Source: Candidatus Eremiobacteria bacterium (GTDB lineage Bacteria > Vulcanimicrobiota > Vulcanimicrobiia > Vulcanimicrobiales > Vulcanimicrobiaceae). Taken from it: a stretch of DNA of 64,000 nucleotides. Below are positions 39,257 to 48,480 of the stretch, one piece after another. Below the pieces are notes generated by a model. The model was not told the DNA's origin. It ran no database searches and was given only the letters and a program-made list of their open reading frames with translations. The translations under genes were made by a program, and so were the position numbers. The number at the start of each line of letters is the position of its first letter. The first letter of the stretch is position 1. The DNA is taken from contig CAVTRC010000001.1 of assembly GCA_963737065.1 (NCBI GenBank), positions 224,001 through 288,000 on the forward strand. Reading direction: 5' to 3'.

Positions 39257-39814
39257 ATGGCACGTGATGGCCGCGTCATGCCTGCGGCGGACGATCGATT
39301 GGAGCGGTTGTGTCAGATAAGCTCGACCGTCGCTGTTCCCGCGTTAATGGCCCTCTTGACGGCGACGCAGCACGAATTTCTTCAGCCTGCGACTGCGTTT
39401 TTGGTGCTGCCTCCGTTCGCCGTCGTCATTTATCTGCTTTTCCGAGACCCGTACGGCAAATGGGCGAATCTCCGATCGATCGTCGTTTTGCCGTGCCTGG
39501 GCGCAGTGATCGGTCAGTTGAGCTTCCACTTCTTCGGGCTCACGCCGCTCGGGATAGCGATCGATACACTTTGCGTAGTGGGTGCTCAAACGCTTTTGCG
39601 AGGACGCATGCCGCCGGCATTAGCGCTCTCGGTTCTTGCGATGCTGCTGCGCGTTCAGTCATTCACGTACACGCTCGGCGTAGCCGAAGCGTCGGTCTCG
39701 ATCGGAATCGTGTTCTTCGTGTGGCGGCGGATCTTGGTCGCGCCGCTTCTTCACACGTCCTCATATAGGATACATCCCCCTCAACGCGACGTCTTGCCGG
39801 AGGTTCGCCAATGA
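39257..39814 (+). CDS. HPP family membrane protein (possible nitrite transporter)
   Basis: LPPFAV..LLFRDP..ANLRSIV and MPPALA (variant of the HPP motif). Confidence 0.7.
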   Translation: MARDGRVMPAADDRLERLCQISSTVAVPALMALLTATQHEFLQPATAFLVLPPFAVVIYLLFRDPYGKWANLRSIVVLPCLGAVIGQLSFHFFGLTPLGIAIDTLCVVGAQTLLRGRMPPALALSVLAMLLRVQSFTYTLGVAEASVSIGIVFFVWRRILVAPLLHTSSYRIHPPQRDVLPEVRQ

Positions 39815-40755
39815 GCTCGAGTACAGACACAAACGCGTCTCTGTTAGCGGCACCATCAATATCGGCGCTAGCGGATTCAGGAAAAGACGCAGGCACGTAT
39901 GACGGAATTGCTGCGTTAGATTTCGTTAAGCCGCCGCAGTTATTGCGAACGATCATCGAAACGGGCGCGTCGAAAGGGGATTTGCCGATCATCAAAATCC
40001 TCGTGCGCGGCATGTTCGGCGGTGCGTTTCTCGCGTACGGTACCGCGATGGCGTTTTTCGGGATTGCGCAGGGGCTGCCGCCGATTGTGGCCGACGCGCT
40101 CTTCCCGCTGGGATTCATCGTCATCAACCTCTTACAGGTCGATCTCGCGACCGGCTATTTCGCCTACGTGCCGGTCGCGTACATGAACGGACGCATTACG
40201 TTCGCAAAGATGGCGCGCGCAATCTTCTGGGTGTACGTCGCCAATCTGATCGGCAGTCTGATCGTGGTGGCCTTGCTGTGGCTCGCGCTCACGATGTCCG
40301 GACAGGCGCCCGATACAACCGGAATTTCAGCGGTTCTCGTCAAGGTGGGAACGTCAAAAACGCTGCACTACGCGCAGTTCGGCATGGCGGGCGTATTCAC
40401 GGCATTCATCAAAGGGATCTTATGCAACTGGTTCGTGACGCTCGGCGTTGTGCTTCCCTTCACGACGCGATCGGTGATCGGTAAAGCGATCGCGACGTTC
40501 GTCCCAATTTACATGTTCTTCGGCATGGGCTGGGAACACTTAGTCGTCAATATGTTCATCATTCCGTCGGCGATGGCATATGGCGCGCATATCACGCTCG
40601 CCGATTGGTGGATCGGAAATGAACTGCCGGTAACGATCGGCAACTTCGTCGGAGGCTTCCTTTTCACCGGAGCGGCGATCGGCTTCATCTACGGCGTACG
40701 TGATAAATCGGCAACGAGCAATCCGCGCGGTGTAACTCCTGCTGCCGTTCGATGA
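39811..40755 (+). CDS. Formate/nitrite transporter (FNT, NirC/FocA family)
   Basis: LFPLGF, DLATG, GILCNWFV, GWEHLVVNMF and PVTIGNFVGG. Confidence 0.93.
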   Translation: MSSSTDTNASLLAAPSISALADSGKDAGTYDGIAALDFVKPPQLLRTIIETGASKGDLPIIKILVRGMFGGAFLAYGTAMAFFGIAQGLPPIVADALFPLGFIVINLLQVDLATGYFAYVPVAYMNGRITFAKMARAIFWVYVANLIGSLIVVALLWLALTMSGQAPDTTGISAVLVKVGTSKTLHYAQFGMAGVFTAFIKGILCNWFVTLGVVLPFTTRSVIGKAIATFVPIYMFFGMGWEHLVVNMFIIPSAMAYGAHITLADWWIGNELPVTIGNFVGGFLFTGAAIGFIYGVRDKSATSNPRGVTPAAVR

Positions 40756-41315
40756 GCGAGAGCGCCGGCGAAGGCGTTCGTGATCCATCGCTCGGTGACG
40801 AAGAAGCGTATCGGCTGTGCACGGAGTTGGTTTCGCTCGGCGAATTGAGGGCTGCAGTCGACTACATGCGACGCAAGGTGAACCGCGCGCGCAAGTCGAT
40901 GCCGGCAGATTCCCGGATGCATCTCCGCCTGCTCTCACAGTACGCCGCCATATTAGAGCTCACGGAAACGTACGGTGAGGCAGAGTTTCTTCGCGCGAAG
41001 GCCGTTGAAATCGTAGAAACCGGAACGGTCTCCGCCGAAGACGCGCTTGACGCGTATCTCACGTATGGGCTTCTTCTCACGCGGAACCGCAACTACAACG
41101 CCGCGCTGGCGCCGCTGAAGGAAGCCCTACGCCGAGCCGAAACGGTCGAAGCGATTGCACCCGTCGAGCAGCAAATTGCGCTCGCAAAGGCCTGGAGAGC
41201 GTTGCAACAGGCATACGAAGGGCTCGGCGAGCTCTCGCAAGCGTCGGACGCCTTGGACGCACTCGACAACATCAAACGGCTCATCCGTTATCTAGTCTTC
41301 TCAATGTCGAGGTAA
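40752..41315 (+). CDS. TPR-like helical protein
   Basis: Helical repeats; ATGA overlap with the FNT gene. Confidence 0.65.
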   Translation: MSESAGEGVRDPSLGDEEAYRLCTELVSLGELRAAVDYMRRKVNRARKSMPADSRMHLRLLSQYAAILELTETYGEAEFLRAKAVEIVETGTVSAEDALDAYLTYGLLLTRNRNYNAALAPLKEALRRAETVEAIAPVEQQIALAKAWRALQQAYEGLGELSQASDALDALDNIKRLIRYLVFSMSR

Positions 41316-41323
41316 CACCCAGC

Positions 41324-41653
41324 ATGTATATCGTCAACGGCAAGCCGGCGTGTCTGTTGATCACCGAAAATCTCTCCCGCGCGCATGCCGACGGCGAACG
41401 GCATTTCTATCCGGCGCTCGTCAAGGCGTTCGAACCAGGATATGAAGCAACCGATTGGGACTACGGTGCCGACTATCCCGAGGCGCAGCAACGCGTGGAA
41501 GCCTTCAACGCCGAACACGGCGTGAATAAGGACGCGGCGCTACTGATCGTCACCTCGTCGATGTTTCCTTCTGCACCGATTTCCACAGCGGATATCTACC
41601 GCGCGAACCTCGAGGAGTATGCAGACGATTCGAGTCAAAAGACGCCGGGATAA
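41324..41653 (+). CDS. Hypothetical protein
   Basis: Acidic 109-aa ORF with GAGG RBS. Confidence 0.55.
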   Translation: MYIVNGKPACLLITENLSRAHADGERHFYPALVKAFEPGYEATDWDYGADYPEAQQRVEAFNAEHGVNKDAALLIVTSSMFPSAPISTADIYRANLEEYADDSSQKTPG

Positions 41654-42171
41654 TGGGAGCGCAGTGATTGCTTGAGCTGCATATCGCCAAGTCGATCGAT
41701 GGCGTCGAGAATCGTCTGCTGCGCGTGTTCCGCACCGTGTTCGGCGAGCCACTGCAACGCGCTGTTGACGCCCGAAGCAGCGGCGCGCTCTGCCGCAATG
41801 TCCTCGACGAGTTCATGCGCGCGCGTTTTGACCGCATCGGTCCAGCGTTCGACTTCCGCCTGTTCCGAAAGCGTACGTTTGATTCGCGACATCTCAGCCG
41901 CTCTCCACGGATACGGATTGCCGCACTGAAAGCAGTACGGATGGTACGGAACCCACTTCAGCATCTCCCCATCAGCGGGCAGCGGTGCGCGGCAGCCGGG
42001 ACACGCAACGATCACGTCGGCGCCGCATTTCGCGCAATGTTTCGGGACGAGCGGCGCTTCGGTGAACCACGCATAGACGTGGCCGTTCGTGCAGACGGCT
42101 GCGCACGGCCCGTGCCGTTCGGCCGCTAGCGCGGGCAGTTCGATCGGTTCAACTGGTCTATCGTTGGACAT
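41635..42171 (-). CDS. Zinc-ribbon protein (DUF2321-like)
   Basis: CTNGH, CAKCG, CPGC and PYCFQCGNPYPW. Confidence 0.75.
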   Translation of the reverse strand: MSNDRPVEPIELPALAAERHGPCAAVCTNGHVYAWFTEAPLVPKHCAKCGADVIVACPGCRAPLPADGEMLKWVPYHPYCFQCGNPYPWRAAEMSRIKRTLSEQAEVERWTDAVKTRAHELVEDIAAERAAASGVNSALQWLAEHGAEHAQQTILDAIDRLGDMQLKQSLRSHYPGVF

Positions 42172-42646
42172 GGAAACATATTCGATACACGCACGTCGTC
42201 TGCTTTCGGAACAGATGTGGCTCGCGCTCTCCACCGTCGATGACGCCGGATTACCGATGGTAAGCTATACGCCGTTCGCCGCCGTTGCGGGCGCACTCGG
42301 CATCGTCGTGAGCAGGCTCGCTGCGCATAGCGCGCCCTTGCACGCGCGGCGTCCAGCTGCCGTACTCGTCGTCGAGACGCACACGCAAGCAGGCGATGCC
42401 TATATGCGCGCTCGGTTGTCGATCGCGGTCACCGTATCGCCGCTCGCAGCCGATTCCGAGCATGCCGTCGCCATTTGGTCCGCACTGGAGCAACGCCAGG
42501 GGGAGACTGTACGCACGCTTCGCATGCTTCCCGATTTCGATGCAATTCGTTTGGAGCCGAAGGAAGGCCGCCTCGTTCTCGGTTTTGCTTCGGCCCACAA
42601 CCTCAGCGGCCCGCAGATTGCAGCGGTTTTGGAAACCGGCGTCTGA
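42170..42646 (+). CDS. Pyridoxamine 5'-phosphate oxidase-like / HugZ-family split-barrel protein
   Basis: LSTVDDAGLPMVSY, VSRLAAH, ARLSI, LPDF and GRLVLGFASA. Confidence 0.8.
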   Translation: METYSIHARRLLSEQMWLALSTVDDAGLPMVSYTPFAAVAGALGIVVSRLAAHSAPLHARRPAAVLVVETHTQAGDAYMRARLSIAVTVSPLAADSEHAVAIWSALEQRQGETVRTLRMLPDFDAIRLEPKEGRLVLGFASAHNLSGPQIAAVLETGV

Positions 42647-42674
42647 ACGCGCTTGCGGAGGTTATAATTACCCT

Positions 42675-43250
42675 ATGAGACGGCGCGTCTCCGACCGTTT
42701 GGGACCCAACGTTGCGCGACGACCGTGGACGCGTGCTGAGCGCCGCGTCGTGCTGCGCGGCTTTTGGGGCCGTCTGACGATCGCGATCGAGCCGCTCATC
42801 GTTGCAATATTCTTCGCATTGCTTCCGATCGGCATGATGCTGCGGCGACAAGAAGCCACGTTGCTGCTCGCTCCGATCTTCGGACTTGCATCGATTTCGT
42901 TCCTGATCTATGCCGTCGTGCTCATTGCGCCGTCCGCGCGCGCACTGTTCGAGACGTTCAATCCTATCTACACGGTCGACGGCTACATTCGGTATCGCTT
43001 CAAGGACGGCGAACCGATCTACTATGTGGCAGCGCTCGACGCCGAGCATCTGATCCTCGGTGAATGGCCACTCGCCCAATGGCCGCCCTCGATCAAAGAA
43101 CGAGAACTGTGGCCGGTTGTCGTGGAATTCAGTCCGTACGGCGGTATTCACAAAATCGACGGTCATCCGACGGGCGTCCTTCCAACGGAAATCGCGCCGT
43201 TCGGCATCGGCATCGCAGACGAAGACAAGCGCCGGCGCAAACTCGGCTAA
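42675..43250 (+). CDS. Hypothetical membrane protein
   Basis: Two TM helices; TATAAT ends 6 nt before the ATG. Confidence 0.65.
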   Translation: MRRRVSDRLGPNVARRPWTRAERRVVLRGFWGRLTIAIEPLIVAIFFALLPIGMMLRRQEATLLLAPIFGLASISFLIYAVVLIAPSARALFETFNPIYTVDGYIRYRFKDGEPIYYVAALDAEHLILGEWPLAQWPPSIKERELWPVVVEFSPYGGIHKIDGHPTGVLPTEIAPFGIGIADEDKRRRKLG

Positions 43251-43251
43251 A

Positions 43252-43602
43252 TTACACGAGCGCGCGCCCGCAGAGATCGCAGAACACTATGCGCGGTCTG
43301 CGCGGCGGTTCGGCAGCTGCAGGCTGCACGACGTCGAGAGCGACTCGCTGCATCTGTACCGCTTCGTTCTCCGATTCGAAGGCCGCGACAATGTTCGCGG
43401 CTTGATCGTACGCGAGCGTGCCGTCGGTGCGGCCGTACGACGCCGGATAGTACCAGCCGTCGACGAGCAGCGTTAGCCGGTCTTCGCCTCGCCGCGCAAC
43501 GTGAACCGCTAATTCGCGCGGCGTGAGCGACGCTCGGTGCGTCGGAAGCAAACCGCGTGCGTCAAGCGCGCGGAGTGCGCGCGACCATAGCGCGTCATTC
43601 AC
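43252..43602 (-). CDS. DUF4129-like protein
   Basis: SLTPRELA..YYPASYG; end of the MoxR cluster; GTGA coupling. Confidence 0.6.
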   Translation of the reverse strand: MNDALWSRALRALDARGLLPTHRASLTPRELAVHVARRGEDRLTLLVDGWYYPASYGRTDGTLAYDQAANIVAAFESENEAVQMQRVALDVVQPAAAEPPRRPRIVFCDLCGRALV

Positions 43603-43935
43603 CGTCGCCATAGCCGCGCAGCAACCAGGAACCCAACAACGGCGATCGCATCGATCGCTAGTGCCCATGGAGTGATCAGCGGCCACAACACCGACCGGCG
43701 TTGCGCTTCGGAGGTCCGCGGCGCGCCGCGCGCCGTCACGTCGGACGGTGCGATCGTCGCTTGTTGCGTCGCCCGCGCTTGCTGCAATTGTTGCTGCGCT
43801 TGCGCGATGGAATTCGGCACGTAAACCGACGCGAATGCCAGGACCAAGGAGAGGGCGACGGACGCGATCGCGATTGCGGTAAGGGCAAGCCGCAAACGCA
43901 GTTGCGAACTATACGAGCCAGCAGATGACGGCATG
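43599..43935 (-). CDS. Hypothetical membrane protein (start uncertain)
   Basis: Two hydrophobic segments flanking a Gln-rich loop. Confidence 0.45.
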
Positions 43936-44598
43936 GTCGTGAGAACGTTCGAGTAGTGGGACGATGCTTTGCGGCAAAGAGAGCACGCCCTCCGGGCGCG
44001 ACAGAAGCTGCGCGCGGTGAAGCCGTCCGGCGATCGCACACACGGCCAAGTACGCAACGGCGATCGTGATGATGCTCAGCGGCAGGTGCAACGCGATGAC
44101 CGCTTCATTGAAGGCGATCGCGAACGCACAAACGAGGAGCAGCCCTGCAAACGCGGCCCACGTTACCACTTGCGGCCGACTGCGCCACTCGCGTGCGATC
44201 ACGATCGTGGAAACCAACGAGACGCCGGCAGCCACCATACCGACGAGCGGTGCGACGGAAACGGGATGCGTGTGAAGGCCAAAGAGAATGCCTATGGCGG
44301 CGGCGGCGAGCATAGCACGCAGACGCGCGTGCAATCGAGAAAGCACGACTGCGACAAGTACGGCAACGCCTAGGATCGCAATGTCAATCGCGCTCCAGAC
44401 GAGCGGGCTCGCAATCAATCCGTACGCGGCGAAGGAAACGACCGTCGCCGCGGCACGAAGCAGCCAATCTGCACGCAATACTTCGAGGCGCACTTCGACT
44501 TGCGCATCCTCGCCGTACCGCGGAATCTGCGCCTCGCTGCGCAGCACGTGCGGCTCTTTTTGATAGAATGCCGGATCGGCCCGGCGCATCCACTGCAC
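43909..44598 (-). CDS. Hypothetical multi-pass membrane protein
   Basis: About six TM helices; coupled to the DUF58 gene. Confidence 0.6.
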   Translation of the reverse strand: MQWMRRADPAFYQKEPHVLRSEAQIPRYGEDAQVEVRLEVLRADWLLRAAATVVSFAAYGLIASPLVWSAIDIAILGVAVLVAVVLSRLHARLRAMLAAAAIGILFGLHTHPVSVAPLVGMVAAGVSLVSTIVIAREWRSRPQVVTWAAFAGLLLVCAFAIAFNEAVIALHLPLSIITIAVAYLAVCAIAGRLHRAQLLSRPEGVLSLPQSIVPLLERSHDHAVICWLV

Positions 44599-45761
44599 TA
44601 CTGCGCGACGACCTCGCGGGTAAAGATCGGCACGTGGTCCGGCGTGAGCGTCACCATCGGAAGCCGTTGCTGCTCGACCTGCTCGCGTTGCCGTAGACTA
44701 ACGAAGACGACCGCCAATCCATGCCGCGCTACCTCGTCCACGAGCAGCCGCGCAATCGTCGTGCGATCGCCGTGAAGGCCGATCGTTGAGAGTTCCATTT
44801 GCAGCCGATCGAGATCCGTATCGCGCGGGCGCAAGCGTAACGTCACGATCTCATGTGCGTTACGCTGAACGATAAACCGCACCGTAAGCTTCAGCGTAGC
44901 GAACGTCCGGCACAGTGCATACACGAAACAGATGGCTTTCTCGAGGCGGTAATGCCGAAGCTCGTCGTTGCCGTCGAGCGGCGGCGCCGTATCGAGCACG
45001 AGGCTCAGATCGTCGGCGGTCGGATCTTCGAATTCGCGCACGTAATAGCGATTGGGATCGCGCGTGCGCAGCGAGAGCACGCGATGGATCAGCTTCGGTG
45101 AATCGCCCGGGCGGTATTCTCGCACGCCGACGTACTCTTCGATCGCCGTTGGCAGCTTTTCGAATCGCCCCGACGCCGCGTGCCGTCCCGCGAGCAACGA
45201 GTCGACGAACGGTTCCAATTCATAGATCGCGGGCAACACCGTGACCGCGTGCACCGTATCGAAGACCGCGGTGACGCGTACCGCGCTCCCCGGCAATGCG
45301 ACCGCTGCGCGGAACGGTCCTACGAGCAACATTCCGCGCCGATTCGTCGTGACGTCCCATTGTGACGCACCGGCGAGACGGCTCGAAAGAATCGGAATCT
45401 CAGACCACGGACCAGCTTCCATCACCGAACCGGCAATCGAAAATCGCGCGGTCGCCTGCACGCCGATCGCCGGAAACGTTCGTCCGCCGAGTGAGAGCGT
45501 AAGACGTAATCGGAACGTCGTGAGCGCTCGCGTTCGCGCCGGCACGTCGACGCGTCGAATCCGAAGCGCGCTTGCCGCCATCAACGTAGCGATCGTCGAG
45601 AGGCCGACCCACAGCAGCGGAAAAGCGATCGCGAAGACGGTGAACTCGCGAATCGAAGGACGAAACGCGCCGGCGACTGCTGCAATCGCGATCGATGCTC
45701 CGAGCATCGCGATACCGGCCGGCGGCGCGCTTGCGAATTCGAACTGCGACGGCCGTTTCAT
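44598..45761 (-). CDS. DUF58 protein (MoxR-associated)
   Basis: EYVGVREYRPGDSPKLIH, VREFED and LVLDT; start placed at the ATGA overlap with moxR. Confidence 0.85.
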   Translation of the reverse strand: MKRPSQFEFASAPPAGIAMLGASIAIAAVAGAFRPSIREFTVFAIAFPLLWVGLSTIATLMAASALRIRRVDVPARTRALTTFRLRLTLSLGGRTFPAIGVQATARFSIAGSVMEAGPWSEIPILSSRLAGASQWDVTTNRRGMLLVGPFRAAVALPGSAVRVTAVFDTVHAVTVLPAIYELEPFVDSLLAGRHAASGRFEKLPTAIEEYVGVREYRPGDSPKLIHRVLSLRTRDPNRYYVREFEDPTADDLSLVLDTAPPLDGNDELRHYRLEKAICFVYALCRTFATLKLTVRFIVQRNAHEIVTLRLRPRDTDLDRLQMELSTIGLHGDRTTIARLLVDEVARHGLAVVFVSLRQREQVEQQRLPMVTLTPDHVPIFTREVVAQ

Positions 45762-46720
45762 ACGCCGGCGACTTGCGGAACCGGAATTCCATCCACGAGA
45801 CGCCGCACGAGCTGCGTCTTCCATTCGGTCATGCTCATCAGTGATTCCGGCATGACCTTCGGAATGAGCCGGTGTGGAAGCGCGTGAACGAACAGCGCCT
45901 TGACGTCGTCGGGAGTTACATAGACGCGTCCTTGCACGAGTGCATACGCGCGCGCCAGCTGCATCAGCTGAACGGCCGCGCGCGGGCTCGCGCCGAGCAC
46001 GAGTTCGTCGGAGACACGCGTCTGCCGTACCGCAGCAATGATGTAGCGCAGCAGACGGTCGTCGAGCACGACGTTCGTGACCAAAGCCATCAGTTCGCGC
46101 ACGCGTTCGATCGTCAGCACCGCCGGAATACCCGCAAGCGGATCGTCTACCATCCGCTCGCGCAGGATCTCGATCTCTTCGTCTTCGCTCGGATACCCGG
46201 GCGAGAGCAACAATTGGAAACGATCGAGCTGCGCCTCGGGCAAATCGTTGACGCCTGAGTGCTCGATCGGATTCTGCGTCGCGATGACGATAAAGGGATT
46301 GGGAAGCGAATGCGTCGTGCCATCGACGGTCACTTGTCCCTCGCCCATCGCTTCCAACAGCGCACTCTGCGTGCGCGGCATCGCTCGGTTGAGTTCGTCC
46401 GCAAGCACGATGTTCGCGAACACGGGCCCCGGAACGAACACGTCGTTGCGCGGATCCACGTACCCGGTGATATCAACCGGCAACAGGTCCGGCGTGCATT
46501 GAATGCGTTTGAATTCGCACGAGATCGAGCGCGCGAGCGTTCGCGCCAGCATCGTTTTTCCGACGCCCGGCCGGTCTTCGAGCAGCACGTGCCCGTGCGA
46601 GAGAAGTGCCGCAACGACGAGGTCGACGACTTCACGTTTGCCGATGATGACGCGCTCGATGTTTTCGATCAGGCGCTCCACGTCCGCGCGTGCGGCGTTC
46701 AATGGAGTGCTGCTGTTCAC
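45758..46720 (-). CDS. moxR: MoxR family AAA+ ATPase
   Basis: GHVLLEDRPGVGKT, RIQCTPDLLP, LADELNRA and ATQNP..LPEAQLDRF. Confidence 0.95.
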   Translation of the reverse strand: MNSSTPLNAARADVERLIENIERVIIGKREVVDLVVAALLSHGHVLLEDRPGVGKTMLARTLARSISCEFKRIQCTPDLLPVDITGYVDPRNDVFVPGPVFANIVLADELNRAMPRTQSALLEAMGEGQVTVDGTTHSLPNPFIVIATQNPIEHSGVNDLPEAQLDRFQLLLSPGYPSEDEEIEILRERMVDDPLAGIPAVLTIERVRELMALVTNVVLDDRLLRYIIAAVRQTRVSDELVLGASPRAAVQLMQLARAYALVQGRVYVTPDDVKALFVHALPHRLIPKVMPESLMSMTEWKTQLVRRLVDGIPVPQVAGV

Positions 46721-47391
46721 AGCGCCCGCTTATGCGGCACATGCGGCGCCGCAAACGCCGTCGGCGAGCTATTGAGCGCGAACGGAACCAGCCACCGTGC
46801 CGCAAGCGCGCCGATCGCTGCGACCAAGAGTATCGCCGCAGCAACATAAATGGCCGCGATCGACGGAAGGTCAGATGCAAGCGCAGCTCCGACGCCGCCG
46901 AACAATCCGGCGATTCCGTGGCCGGGAAGATCGGGGTGCTGAAACAGATATGCGGCGAGCACGACACCGAACCAGCGCGCCCCGCCGCCGATGACCCGTG
47001 CGATGTCGGCATCCCACGTAAACTGTCGCAAAATGTGCCCCGCGATCAGGCGCGCGAAAAAGTCCGTTTCGGCCGCGACCGCCAGAACGGCAACGACCGC
47101 TGAAACCGTCAAGAGTACGCCGCCCAGCGTAAAGCCGCTCTCATACGATGCCGCAACGAACGGCAATGCGACGAGAAACGCGAGCGCGCCCACGGCAAGC
47201 GCATCTGCAACGCGCGCTACACGCTCACCTCGCGCGTGCAGTTGCGTACAATGCGTGCAAAGCAATAAGTCGCCGGTACGATTCCGTCGTTGGCGCACGA
47301 AGAACGTGACCCACACGACGAGGGCCACTGCCTCGAATGCAACGAGAAGGGCGAACGGTACGTAACCGGGTACGACCGGCGCCATCGTCAC
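46717..47391 (-). CDS. Hypothetical membrane protein
   Basis: Multiple TM helices and a CTHC motif; overlaps the moxR start. Confidence 0.55.
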   Translation of the reverse strand: MTMAPVVPGYVPFALLVAFEAVALVVWVTFFVRQRRNRTGDLLLCTHCTQLHARGERVARVADALAVGALAFLVALPFVAASYESGFTLGGVLLTVSAVVAVLAVAAETDFFARLIAGHILRQFTWDADIARVIGGGARWFGVVLAAYLFQHPDLPGHGIAGLFGGVGAALASDLPSIAAIYVAAAILLVAAIGALAARWLVPFALNSSPTAFAAPHVPHKRAL

Positions 47392-47406
47392 ACCGCCGGT
47401 ATGCTG

Positions 47407-47631
47407 CTACGGCGTCAGATGGGACGGCGGCAGCGTCAGGGTTGTGGAACCGATGGCCGGCCAGATGTGACCCCACGGTGCGGCGGCGACGACGAACGCG
47501 CCTTGCATGATCGCAAGGATGATCGAGAAGAGAACGAACAGCAACGCGCCGTTTGGTATTGCGAAGCCGAGCTTATCGAGCATATGCGGCGGAATTCCGC
47601 CGCTCGATGCCGAGTGCACGTCATGGCTCAT
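47407..47631 (-). CDS. Small membrane protein, possible oxidase accessory subunit
   Basis: 74 aa, one TM helix, AGGAG RBS, in the cox operon. Confidence 0.6.
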   Translation of the reverse strand: MSHDVHSASSGGIPPHMLDKLGFAIPNGALLFVLFSIILAIMQGAFVVAAAPWGHIWPAIGSTTLTLPPSHLTP

Positions 47632-47828
47632 GCGTGTTCTCCTAAGATATGAAGCGCTGCCAACAGCGCGAAAATACAGCCGAGCGCCATCAGGCCGAGT
47701 AAGACTTTCGTTACGACGGCGTCGAGCCCGCGCGCGTCCCAATCATTACGGAGTTGCACGAAGGCCGTTACGCCTACGATAATCGCTCCGACGAGCGCGA
47801 TCCATTTTTCAACTGCTGCTGCGTCCAT
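47628..47828 (-). CDS. Small membrane protein, possible oxidase subunit IV
   Basis: 66 aa, two TM helices, directly after coxC. Confidence 0.6.
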   Translation of the reverse strand: MDAAAVEKWIALVGAIIVGVTAFVQLRNDWDARGLDAVVTKVLLGLMALGCIFALLAALHILGEHA

Positions 47829-47832
47829 CAAT

Positions 47833-48477
47833 TCACCATAAGTAGAACAGGAAGAACAGTGCAACCCAAACGACGTCGACGAAGTGCCAGTACAGCGTCC
47901 CGCACGTGAGGCCGAGATATTTCGACCCGGTGTATGTCCCGCGGTTTGCTTGCATACCGAGAACCGCGAGGAAGATGACGCCGACGAATACATGGAATCC
48001 GTGCATGCCCGTCAACGTGAAGAACGACGCACCCATCGTGCTGCCCGGCCACGTTACGCCATCGTGTAAAACGCCCGTCCATTCATGCGCCTGACCGAGA
48101 AGAAACAAGATGCCGAGGATGATCGTCGCGATCAGCCAGAGGTTGAATTTGGCTTTGTGTAAGTACTTCCAGTTCTCCAGCGCGAAGTGCATCGTCACGC
48201 CTGATCCAAACAGAATCACCGAGTTGACCGCGGCAAAGCTCGTGTCGAACCACGGCAGCTGGTGGCCTCCGACGAACGGAGGCCATGTCGGCGCCGACGT
48301 ACGGAGGTAGACGTACGCGAAGATGAACGACGAGAACAGGATGCAGTCGCTCAGCAGAACGAGCACAAACCCGAGAAGCCGGATGTCGCGAGTTTCCCAA
48401 TAAATGGGATCGACGTCATTGTACCGGGCCGCGACGGCTGCGTGTCTGCCGAGATGCGGTGCAGTGATAGCTGCCAA
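47833..48477 (-). CDS. coxC: Cytochrome c oxidase subunit III
   Basis: FFTLTGMHGFHV and LYWHFVDVVW. Confidence 0.95.
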   Translation of the reverse strand: MAAITAPHLGRHAAVAARYNDVDPIYWETRDIRLLGFVLVLLSDCILFSSFIFAYVYLRTSAPTWPPFVGGHQLPWFDTSFAAVNSVILFGSGVTMHFALENWKYLHKAKFNLWLIATIILGILFLLGQAHEWTGVLHDGVTWPGSTMGASFFTLTGMHGFHVFVGVIFLAVLGMQANRGTYTGSKYLGLTCGTLYWHFVDVVWVALFFLFYLW

Positions 48478-48480
48478 CGT

